Positions 7,690 to 15,668 of a stretch of 21,421 nt of DNA are shown piece by piece. This DNA is from Candidatus Nanohaloarchaea archaeon (GTDB lineage Archaea; Nanohalarchaeota; Nanosalinia; Nanosalinales; Nanosalinaceae). A program made the translations under genes and the position numbers. Under the pieces are notes generated by a model. It was not told where the DNA came from. It did not search any database and worked only from the letters and a program-made list of their open reading frames with translations. Location of the stretch: the NCBI GenBank assembly GCA_047617745.1, contig JBLGBN010000015.1, forward strand, positions 1 through 21,421, given 5' to 3'. Position 1 is the stretch's first letter; every line of letters starts with the position of its first letter.

Positions 7690-8313
7690 TTAACTGATCG
7701 CCTCTTTTACAGAGTTATAGGCGATTTTATCTATAGGGTCAACATCCTTCTCGCCGTATACTTTGTACTGTTTTACAAGTATAAACTCCATACCTACCTC
7801 TCGGCATGCAGGATCCCTGTTGAGATTGTTACCGAAATAAGTGAAGTCTTTGCCCGGCCTTCCTCTAATGTTAAGGAATTCCTTGAAAATTTTGGGATCC
7901 GGTTTTTCCACGCCTACCTCCTCCGAAATAACCAGTCCTTCATAAGGCACGTTATGAGCTTTTAGTTGGTCCTTCATCCATCTTTTGCCCTCAACAGTAT
8001 TATCACTAACAAAACCGATCGGACCCAGATCTTCAGAAATCTGTCTGAGTGTATCAAAAACCCCGTGCTCCTCCATGTACCTTCTCTCACGGTCTTTATA
8101 CTTCTCAATAATCCTCATTGGGTCGCCATGATCCAAGCCGTGCCTATCAAGATACGCCTTAACTTCCGATGGAGTATAGATCCTGAAATTGTTTACATCA
8201 AACACAGGTATCTCCTCAGCTCCCTGTTCCTTTAGTTCGTCCCTCATCAATTCGTTCTGGAGCCGGAAAGACGGCATCAATGTATCTCCGATATCGAATA
8301 CAGGTATTTTCAC
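7690..8313 (-). CDS. HAD-superfamily hydrolase
   Basis: VFDIGDTL, VSDN, ISEEVGVEKPDPKIF, FGNNLNRD. Confidence 0.88.
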   Translation of the reverse strand: MKIPVFDIGDTLMPSFRLQNELMRDELKEQGAEEIPVFDVNNFRIYTPSEVKAYLDRHGLDHGDPMRIIEKYKDRERRYMEEHGVFDTLRQISEDLGPIGFVSDNTVEGKRWMKDQLKAHNVPYEGLVISEEVGVEKPDPKIFKEFLNIRGRPGKDFTYFGNNLNRDPACREVGMEFILVKQYKVYGEKDVDPIDKIAYNSVKEAIS

Positions 8314-8364
8314 TGAAACACCTCTGTGTTTCTGTTAAACAGAAAATCTCCGATCTTCATTTTA

Positions 8365-9480
8365 TTACTCATCTTCCACCATCTCCATAAGCACTTCAGC
8401 GGTTTTCGTCATAGGAGTATCATTTCGGTACAGCTTCATGTTCAAATCAAGTTCTTCCCTAGTTTCCCTCAATAGTTCAAAGGCTTCGTCAGCGTTTGGG
8501 CCGTCCCGCCTGATAACTATCGGGTAATCCGGTTTTTCTTCCCGAAGTGCCTGACAGAAACCTTTCATCGTCCTGTAAATATCAGTGTTATTGGCTGTTC
8601 CTCCTACATGCCAGAGACCTCTCAAACCAGGCTTCGATATTATAACCTTACTGAGCCTGTAAACTTTCTCAGTCGGCGGGTTACCGCCGTATTCAGTATA
8701 GTTCGCTGGTTCGCCACCGTATTCAATTAGTGCGTCCATGTTGGTGAGGGAAGCGCCTCCTCCGGCCAGCATCATCCCTATATCGCCCTCTAGTTCAGTA
8801 TATTTCCCGGCTACACCCCTGTGGTCGTCTTCATCTATTTTTTCAGCTCTAAGCTCTCTTTCCGTCTTCTCCCTCTTCATAACTGAGCGATCCGGATAAT
8901 CCCATTCGTGGCGAAATGAAGCATCGTCCTCCAGTTCAATCATTGCGTCAAGAACTACAAAACCCTCTCCAGTATGGACTAGAGGGTTTATTTCAAGCAT
9001 CCTCATATCTTCTTCGAGAAATATCCCGTAAAGATGTTCAAGTATTTCAGCAAGTCCTTCCTCTTCTACTTCCTCAGAGTCGATAAACGCATTGAAACTC
9101 TCGATACCTGTTTGTTCTCCAAGAACCAGTTTCGACACTTCACGGTCTTCGACCCCGGTCCCTCCTTCAGTTGAGAAAAGTAGTGCAGGTTTTCTCGTAT
9201 CTGTATCATACATAAACGCGATGTAGAACTCGTCTTCAAAGTCTACTCGCTCTTCAATTAGAACTCTACCTACCTCGTGGCCATTCACCTCTCTCCTCTT
9301 CATATCTTCAGCTATATTCTCGGCTTCTTCTCTGGTTTCAGCGAACTCTATTCCACCGTGGCTTGCTCTATCATTTGTCAGGACCTGGGCTTTCACTACA
9401 AAACTTTTACCCCTCTTTCTAGGAACCTCGATCCCTCTTTCCTCAAGCAGGTTTTTGGCCTCGTATTCGTATAGCTTCAC
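8365..9480 (-). CDS. Citryl-CoA synthetase large / ATP-citrate lyase beta-like ATP-grasp subunit
   Basis: MKLYEYEAK and EINPL. ACL-type AGGGAS, ANYTEYGGNP, GGTANNTD and RRDGPN instead of the SucC-type NGAGL/NFLD/RLEG. Confidence 0.88.
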   Translation of the reverse strand: MKLYEYEAKNLLEERGIEVPRKRGKSFVVKAQVLTNDRASHGGIEFAETREEAENIAEDMKRREVNGHEVGRVLIEERVDFEDEFYIAFMYDTDTRKPALLFSTEGGTGVEDREVSKLVLGEQTGIESFNAFIDSEEVEEEGLAEILEHLYGIFLEEDMRMLEINPLVHTGEGFVVLDAMIELEDDASFRHEWDYPDRSVMKREKTERELRAEKIDEDDHRGVAGKYTELEGDIGMMLAGGGASLTNMDALIEYGGEPANYTEYGGNPPTEKVYRLSKVIISKPGLRGLWHVGGTANNTDIYRTMKGFCQALREEKPDYPIVIRRDGPNADEAFELLRETREELDLNMKLYRNDTPMTKTAEVLMEMVEDE

Positions 9481-9504
9481 AGATTAAGAAGTGTTCTAAC
9501 AAAC

Positions 9505-10038
9505 TTAAACCTGGCTGTCATGGAATACATTTTCCCAGGAATCACCTGGTTCTCCTATCTTGCGGATGTAGAAGCTTTCCTCATCCAGATCTATCCGCAC
9601 CTGCATTAATCCCTCCTCTTCAAGCCACTCAGAATGGTAGGAACTATTCATCTGCTCAAAGAACTCGTCTGTATGGACTCTGCGCAGGTAAGCCCTGTCT
9701 GTGCTCTTTACCCCATGAGAAAATGGTTCGGTGTAGTCGGCTTCACCTGGAAATCCTCCTGCAGCATACCAGTTAAAGTCCGCGGGATCAGCAAAGCTAG
9801 AGGCGTCATGCCACATCTCCTGAATGCTTTCGGTGACCTCTTCCGGCTCCATTTCCTCAGCAACAAGGTGTACCATACCTGCTACGCCCATATCAGGTTC
9901 ATAAGCAGTTATAGCTATGCAGTTCCTGAGATCGGCATAAACTGAACCTTGATCCGTCCATCCGGACTCACCACCTTCTAATTCAGCGGTTTCGCCTTGC
10001 TCCAGTTCTATCCATTCGGGTTCCAGGTAGTCGGGCAT
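9505..10038 (-). CDS. CheD-like glutamine deamidase fold protein
   Basis: LRNCIAITAYEPDMGVAGMVH matches the CheD LGSCvav.lyD....gGm.H Cys-His motif. WYAAGG matches K.fGG. Confidence 0.65.
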   Translation of the reverse strand: MPDYLEPEWIELEQGETAELEGGESGWTDQGSVYADLRNCIAITAYEPDMGVAGMVHLVAEEMEPEEVTESIQEMWHDASSFADPADFNWYAAGGFPGEADYTEPFSHGVKSTDRAYLRRVHTDEFFEQMNSSYHSEWLEEEGLMQVRIDLDEESFYIRKIGEPGDSWENVFHDSQV

Positions 10039-10111
10039 GAATTTTTTCCACCTCTTTTTCTAGTAAAATAACGGCAAACTCCTTTATTCTTTCACCCATA
10101 AATCACATTCC

Positions 10112-10630
10112 ATGGTCTATACTGGAAGAGGTGACCGGGGAAGAACCGATCTATCGTCGGGTGAAAGGGTTTCCAAGTCATCCGAAAGGATTGAAGCCTA
10201 CGGAACGGTGGACGAACTGAACTCGCTTGTAGGCGTCTGCCGGAACTACACTGAGGAAAAACAAGAGGAGCTGGAAAAGATTCAGAACGAGCTCCATATC
10301 CTCCAGGCTGAACTGGCTAATAGAGAGCCTGAGGAAAAAGTCGCTCAGGAGAATATTGACAGGCTGGAGATGCTGTGCGACAGATACCAGGACGAATGCC
10401 CTCCACTCAGAGACTTTGTTCTCGCCGGAGGAACCGAATCCGCTTCACACCTACATCTGGCACGATCAGTGGCTCGACGTGCAGAGAGAAAAATAGTTGC
10501 TCTTGACGAGAAACAGGAGATTCGGGAAGAGGTTCTGGCGTACATTAACCGCTTGAGCGATCTCTTCTTTCTCATGGCGCGGCACGAGAACTATCTGGAA
10601 AACGTTGAGGAGAAAAACCCTGAATACTAG
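10112..10630 (+). CDS. pduO: PduO-type ATP:cob(I)alamin adenosyltransferase
   Basis: VYTGRGDRGRT, RVSK, AYGTVDELNS, ARSVARRAER, YINRLSDLFF. Confidence 0.95.
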   Translation: MVYTGRGDRGRTDLSSGERVSKSSERIEAYGTVDELNSLVGVCRNYTEEKQEELEKIQNELHILQAELANREPEEKVAQENIDRLEMLCDRYQDECPPLRDFVLAGGTESASHLHLARSVARRAERKIVALDEKQEIREEVLAYINRLSDLFFLMARHENYLENVEEKNPEY

Positions 10631-11070
10631 AAGTAGCCTATCAGGAGAGCGGTCATCCATGCCAGTACAGATATAGCTGCCGAGATACCGGCTATAAACT
10701 CAAACTTTCTTTCACCGGCCAGATCTCTTTCTTCGGATTCTCTTATCTTAGAGAACTTTGGCTCCACCCAGCTATTGAGGAAGATCCCGTTGAGGAAAAG
10801 CACTGCTACTGCAAACATTTTCAGCTGGAAAGATGGGCTCTGAATAAACGCAGGATAGGAGAGAAACATTAGGGTTCCAGTAACTGAAAGCGTGAAGAGA
10901 CCAACCCAGATCATCAATGACAGAAGCTTCTCGACCTTGATCTCGTAGTTAAACCTTGAGGGATGCAGGTAGTAGTATGAGTTGATAAGATCTGTGGAGA
11001 GCACTGCTCCGACCGCAGTTACAGCTCCGAGGAAATGGAGCAGCCTAACAGCCATATCTAATTCGATCAC
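10627..11070 (-). CDS. Four-helix membrane protein
   Basis: Four hydrophobic segments, with LLHFLG and FQLKM motifs. Confidence 0.8.
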   Translation of the reverse strand: MIELDMAVRLLHFLGAVTAVGAVLSTDLINSYYYLHPSRFNYEIKVEKLLSLMIWVGLFTLSVTGTLMFLSYPAFIQSPSFQLKMFAVAVLFLNGIFLNSWVEPKFSKIRESEERDLAGERKFEFIAGISAAISVLAWMTALLIGYF

Positions 11071-11261
11071 ATCATCACCTCTGAGAGTTTTTTGTGGATA
11101 AAGTAGAGGCTGGAAACGGCTATAATTGAAGTGAAAACCGGTACAAGAACGGCGTAACGGTAATCTGCTAGACCGGAGATGTCAGGAGAAGCCAGATAAA
11201 TCAGAGCTAGCGCAAGAACTGCCAGAATCCCTGTAACTATCTTCGGTTTCAGATTATCCAT
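11067..11261 (-). CDS. Small two-TM membrane protein
   Basis: Start trimmed to MDNLKPK to avoid overlap with lplA. Two hydrophobic helices, and a 4-nt overlap with the downstream gene. Confidence 0.65.
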   Translation of the reverse strand: MDNLKPKIVTGILAVLALALIYLASPDISGLADYRYAVLVPVFTSIIAVSSLYFIHKKLSEVMM

Positions 11262-11340
11262 GTTAAACCACTTTAAACCGTCTGTATTTAACCTTTTCTG
11301 GCGGCGAAGACTGTTTAACATTTGTAGAGGAATTTTAACC

Positions 11341-12096
11341 ATGACCGAAAACCGGGACTGGAGATACCTGCCTTTCCAGAGATACGACCCGTATTTCAAG
11401 ACCGGGCTCAACAAAGCCGTGATGGAGTCAGTTAGGGACGGCTCCGACCCAATAGTTTTCCTCGCTGGCTGGGATAAGAAATGTGTAAACCTAGGTTACT
11501 CTCAGAGCTTTGAGGAGCAGGTAAGTACTGAAGAGTTCGAGAACCAGGATGATGTAGCCCTTGTGAGGAGACAGGGAGGTGGCGGGGCGACCTTTCTAAC
11601 CCCAGAAGGAGAAATAACCTGGGGAATAGTTGCTGAGAAATCTTATTTCCCGGACGATGTCAACAGAATATACGAAATAGTATGCGATAAAATAGCAGAG
11701 GCTCTCAAGGAGATAGGGATAGATGCAAGACATGAGCCGATCAACGATATCGTCACCCAGAACGGCAAGATATCGGGCGCTACATTGAAACGAGAGGACG
11801 GAGTTGTCTATGTCGGAGGGACACTTCTCTACCAGACAGACCCAGAGGAAATGTTCTCACTGCTTACACCTGGTGAAGACAAGCTGAAAGATAAACAGAT
11901 CAAAGAGTTTAGAGAACGGGTTTCCTCGATAACCCAGGAATCAGACGCGAGCTTCGATGAAGCAAGGAGGATACTCAAAAAAGCGCTGACAGAGGACAAG
12001 AAGTTCCGGGAATCAGAGCTGACCGATTCCGAGATCGAGAGATCACAGGAACTAGCTGATAAATATTCAGAGGAAGAATGGTTGTACAGGGAATGA
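11341..12096 (+). CDS. lplA: Lipoate-protein ligase A family (catalytic domain)
   Basis: LGYSQ, VRRQGGGGA, NDIV..GKISGA, GTLLY. Start placed at MTENRDWRY. Confidence 0.92.
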   Translation: MTENRDWRYLPFQRYDPYFKTGLNKAVMESVRDGSDPIVFLAGWDKKCVNLGYSQSFEEQVSTEEFENQDDVALVRRQGGGGATFLTPEGEITWGIVAEKSYFPDDVNRIYEIVCDKIAEALKEIGIDARHEPINDIVTQNGKISGATLKREDGVVYVGGTLLYQTDPEEMFSLLTPGEDKLKDKQIKEFRERVSSITQESDASFDEARRILKKALTEDKKFRESELTDSEIERSQELADKYSEEEWLYRE

Positions 12097-12770
12097 AGAG
12101 ATACGAGATAGATATAGAAGATCCCCGGGAAATACCTTCGGCATGTGACTTCGCCGAGGAAAGAGCTCTGGAGGAGGGTATGGTTCTAGTAGGGCTGAAC
12201 CACAACCACTACGGCTCGGTAAAGGGTTACAGCGAGAATCTTTCCGGACTTGGAAACGAGTTAGAGCTCGAACTTGGTTATCCTGCAGAGCTGAATAGAG
12301 AGGATGGCGGAAACATGTGGAACCACAGCCCGGAAAGCCAATGTCTAATGATCGCTACCAGAAATCGTCTGGCAGAGAAGAACCATGAGGAGAAAATGAA
12401 ATACTGGGGAAAAACAGTAGAGCAGAAGATAGACGAACTCTCGGATTTCAAACCTCTATACCGGGCAGGAGATATATACGATCAAGAAGGAGATCAGCTG
12501 GTTGGAGCCTCAGGAGACTTCACCGGAGAGACAGACCTATACCGGATATGTTTTTATGAAGGCGAGGATCATGGAAAAACTTTTCACGAAATAGTGGAGA
12601 AAGACCTAGAACTGAACGAATCGATGACGGATTTCAGGGATAGATACAAACCGGTCGACGGGTTCTACGAGGAAATACTGGGAGAAAACCCTGTAAAGGT
12701 AAGTGTTGAACCGGTCGAAGAACCCTTCATGAGATTTGAAGGCGGTAACCCTCCAAAGTACTGCATCTAG
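12093..12770 (+). CDS. Diverged LplA/BPL-fold paralogue, catalytic Lys apparently lost
   Basis: ATGA overlap with lplA. REDGG..NHSPE, GDIYDQEGDQLVGAS and DFRDRY are colinear with LplA motifs. Confidence 0.6.
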   Translation: MKRYEIDIEDPREIPSACDFAEERALEEGMVLVGLNHNHYGSVKGYSENLSGLGNELELELGYPAELNREDGGNMWNHSPESQCLMIATRNRLAEKNHEEKMKYWGKTVEQKIDELSDFKPLYRAGDIYDQEGDQLVGASGDFTGETDLYRICFYEGEDHGKTFHEIVEKDLELNESMTDFRDRYKPVDGFYEEILGENPVKVSVEPVEEPFMRFEGGNPPKYCI

Positions 12771-12821
12771 ACAAACCAGTTAAAAAAATAGCCGACCGAA
12801 AACCATTCACAGGCTTCCAAC

Positions 12822-12904
12822 GCGAGGGTAGCCAAGTGGTCAAAGGCGCAGCGTTGAGGGCGCTGTCCTGTAGAGGTTCCGGGGTTCAAATCCTCGCCCT
12901 CGCA
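12822..12904 (+). tRNA. tRNA-Leu(GAG)
   Basis: Acceptor GCGAGGG/CCCTCGC, anticodon arm CAGCG-TTGAGGG-CGCTG, long variable arm, TTCAAAT T loop. Confidence 0.97.
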
Positions 12905-12909
12905 AATTT

Positions 12910-13680
12910 CTATTGCTGTGAAACCATCAACTTGTCCCATAACCGATCTGGAAAGAATCTCTTCAACTTCCGGACGAAAAATGCTTCTTTCGTAACTGTA
13001 TAACGGGTCTTCGGTTTCTCGGCTTCGACAGCTTTAACGACTTTCTCAGCAGCTTTCTCGGTTTTAACCCCTTCAACCGGAGAATCCAGTTTTTTCGAGT
13101 ATTCGTCCGAATAACGAGATCCTGGCACAAAGTTTCTGAGATGGTCTCTGCCCTGCTCGTTGAAACCTGTCTTGATCGGGCCTGGTTCGACTATCACCAC
13201 TTTGACCTCTGAATCTTTCAACTCCATCCGCAGAGAGTCCGAAAATCCTTCAACTGCGTGTTTGCTTCCACAGTAGGCGGAGAGATATCTTAAACCTGTT
13301 TTACCGGCTACAGAGGACATATTGATTACTCTGCCTTTTGACCTTCTGATAGAGGTTAAGCATGTTTTAACCGCGTTAACAGTCCCGAGATAGTTGGTTT
13401 CAATATGCTCACGGAAGTTATCAATCTCCATATCCTCAACAGATCCCTGTTTCTGGTACCCGGCAGAGTTTATCAGAACTTCCACCTCAAAACGCCTTGT
13501 TGCCTCCTGGAGATCTTCTTTCTCTCTTACATCGCCATGAAAGGTTTCTATCTCCTGGTCAAGATCCTTTAAAGCGTCCTTATCTGTGTCGATTACCTTG
13601 ACATTATGGCCTCGCTGGACAAGTTTCAGGGCTGTTCTCTTTCCTATACCGTTTGCTCCGCCAGTTATCAAAATGTTCAT
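12910..13680 (-). CDS. Short-chain dehydrogenase/reductase
   Basis: TGGANGIG, NSAG, SS, YCGSK, VEPG. Start placed at MNILITGG. Confidence 0.93.
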   Translation of the reverse strand: MNILITGGANGIGKRTALKLVQRGHNVKVIDTDKDALKDLDQEIETFHGDVREKEDLQEATRRFEVEVLINSAGYQKQGSVEDMEIDNFREHIETNYLGTVNAVKTCLTSIRRSKGRVINMSSVAGKTGLRYLSAYCGSKHAVEGFSDSLRMELKDSEVKVVIVEPGPIKTGFNEQGRDHLRNFVPGSRYSDEYSKKLDSPVEGVKTEKAAEKVVKAVEAEKPKTRYTVTKEAFFVRKLKRFFPDRLWDKLMVSQQ

Positions 13681-13752
13681 AGGATAAACTTTGGTTCGGC
13701 GAGGTAAAAAAGAAGACGGCAGTAACAAAAAGTCTTCCGCCGAATATAGTTC

Positions 13753-13821
13753 ATAGATGATGAGGTAATGACATCGTCTGATCTCGACAAGAGAGATGAT
13801 GACGTGAACACCCACTGATTT
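13753..13821 (+). ncRNA. Box C/D 2'-O-methylation guide sRNA
   Basis: C ATGATGA 13757-63, guide 13764-77, D' CTGA 13778-81, hairpin TCTC-GACAA-GAGA, C' ATGATGA 13796-802, guide 13803-14, D CTGA 13815-18. Intergenic. Confidence 0.9.
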
Positions 13822-13859
13822 AAACAAGTTTTTATAAGGAGATTTTCGAAGGTAATATT

Positions 13860-14180
13860 ATGGGAATAGACCTTAAGTCGGCAGGAATGTCCCTAGCTAA
13901 TTATTCCGCCATGGTACTTGGCGCAGCGTTTTTCTTAGCGCTGTTTGCTATGATTGCTCAGGTCGAAATCCTCAGCATAGGCGGACTACCCCTAACAGGA
14001 TGGATAGGCTATTTTCTAGGCCCGATAGCTTACTTTGTTTACAGAAGGAGAAAGTCAGCAAATATACCTGATTACGACCGGCAGGTTGAGCTCATAGGGC
14101 TTTTCGGATCTCTGATCCTATCACCTGCTTTGGGCATAATACTCGGTCTCATCCTCTACCTGATAGGTAGATTTGGATGA
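13860..14180 (+). CDS. Three-TM hypothetical membrane protein
   Basis: Hydrophobic 106-aa ORF with TTTATAA about 25 nt upstream and T-tracts downstream. Confidence 0.78.
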   Translation: MGIDLKSAGMSLANYSAMVLGAAFFLALFAMIAQVEILSIGGLPLTGWIGYFLGPIAYFVYRRRKSANIPDYDRQVELIGLFGSLILSPALGIILGLILYLIGRFG

Positions 14181-14183
14181 GGC

Positions 14184-14203
14184 CTTTTTTCTTTCCTCTT
14201 TTT
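14184..14203 (+). terminator. T-rich archaeal terminator
   Basis: TTTTTTCTTTCCTCTTTTT immediately after the stop codon. Confidence 0.45.
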
Positions 14204-14242
14204 CCACACAGTAATTTAAACCGGTTTTCAGAAGGTTAATCC

Positions 14243-15400
14243 ATGCACATAACCACCTGGATGGAGCGTGTAGATCTGAAACAGGAGATCCAGGAGGTTT
14301 ACCTTCATACATTCCTATTCAAACTGGGAGTCAAGCTGGTATCGATATTCATACCTTTCTACATACTGGAACTCGGTTTCAGCCTCAACACAGTATTCAT
14401 GTTTTTCCTTATCTACTACGGCTCTTATCTGGTTTTCAGCTGGACTAATGCCTTAATCTGTTCAAAGATTGGTTACAAACACACTATGATACTTGCGTCA
14501 GCTCCTATAATTGCTTTCTATTTCCTGCTTAGAGGTGCCAGCAGTATAACCGAGGTCTACTCTCTGGCTCTTCTTGGAGGTTTCGCATTCAATCTTTACT
14601 GGACCGGTATGAACCCTGAAACAGCTAACAGCAGTCACGATGGGGAAAGAGAGAAGGAAACCGGTTTCTTCTTCTCAATGCCGTCTCTGGCCTCGATATC
14701 GGCACCTATAATCGGCGGTATGATACTTGCGATCTCCAGTTTTCAGGTGCTTTTTGGCGCAACCGTTGGACTGATAGCTCTTTCATTCCTCCCATTCCTG
14801 CTTACACAGGAACACTACACCGGTATGGATCTCAATCTCAGAGAGTTCATATCCGAATTTGGTTTAACCGATTTCATGACCTTCTTCTTCAAGGGCTTCA
14901 ACTCCATGGGCAAGAAGATGCTCTGGCCTGCTTATCTAGCAGTTATCATAGGAGGATCGCTTAACATTGGTGGTGCTGGATCCTTCAGAGCGCTGGGAAG
15001 CGTGATAACAAGCATTGGAATAGGGAGGATAGCGAACGATGGAAACAGGTCCAGAATCGTGGTAACAGGGATGATAATCGCAGCCGGGACCTATATGCTG
15101 ATGGCCTCAGTAACAACTCCAACCGCCGCGTTCCTGATCTCGCTGGTAAACGGCCTGAGCTACACTGCTGCATCGATCCCAATTTACAGCCGGGCTATGG
15201 CACATGCAGAAAAAGAGGATCTGATCGAGTACTTTGCTCTCAGAGAGTTCGCACTGGGACTGGGTAGAACCGCTATCATCCTCGCAACGATCGGAATATT
15301 CACAGTTCTGGAGGGTAGAATCCGTTTTCTTTTATCCTTCAGCGTAGTCGCAGTTTCGGTTATAATGGCGGGTTTCTTTGGATCAAAAATGCAGAAGTAA
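14243..15400 (+). CDS. MFS transporter
   Basis: 385 aa with about 12 TM helices. SKIGYK and GRIAND.NR motif-A-like loops, and APIIGG. Confidence 0.88.
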   Translation: MHITTWMERVDLKQEIQEVYLHTFLFKLGVKLVSIFIPFYILELGFSLNTVFMFFLIYYGSYLVFSWTNALICSKIGYKHTMILASAPIIAFYFLLRGASSITEVYSLALLGGFAFNLYWTGMNPETANSSHDGEREKETGFFFSMPSLASISAPIIGGMILAISSFQVLFGATVGLIALSFLPFLLTQEHYTGMDLNLREFISEFGLTDFMTFFFKGFNSMGKKMLWPAYLAVIIGGSLNIGGAGSFRALGSVITSIGIGRIANDGNRSRIVVTGMIIAAGTYMLMASVTTPTAAFLISLVNGLSYTAASIPIYSRAMAHAEKEDLIEYFALREFALGLGRTAIILATIGIFTVLEGRIRFLLSFSVVAVSVIMAGFFGSKMQK

Positions 15401-15491
15401 GTGACATAATTAAAACTTCAGGACCTTAACTACTCCACACACCATCCATTCTGGAAGTCGCCAGGTTACGGCCTGACAGATTCAAGCTTAT

Positions 15492-15566
15492 GGTGGAGGT
15501 AGGTTAGCTGGTCTATACTCCGACCTTGTGGCGGTCGGGACGCGGGTTCAAATCCCGCCCTCCGCC
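15492..15566 (+). tRNA. tRNA-His(GTG) with encoded G-1
   Basis: G(-1)-GTGGAGG/CCTCCGC-C73, anticodon arm CGACC-TTGTGGC-GGTCG, T arm GCGGG-TTCAAAT-CCCGC. Confidence 0.96.
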
Positions 15567-15668
15567 CTAACAAATATCATAGAGCCAGGTTTCTCAATAG
15601 TAAAGGAGAGTTTGTAGCTCGAAACCACAATAACAAGTTTTTTAACTACTAGGTAACAACATTCGGCT

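Noticed and set aside
6796..9480. Succinyl-CoA synthetase sucCD
   Set aside because: The beta subunit has ACL-type motifs and a citryl-CoA lyase is adjacent.
11260..11414. N-terminal extensions of lplA and of the opposite-strand membrane ORF
   Set aside because: They overlap each other across a divergent promoter region, and their composition is atypical.
13681..13827. 49-aa N-terminal extension of the SDR
   Set aside because: The SDR fold begins at MNILITGG, and the region holds the C/D sRNA on the other strand.
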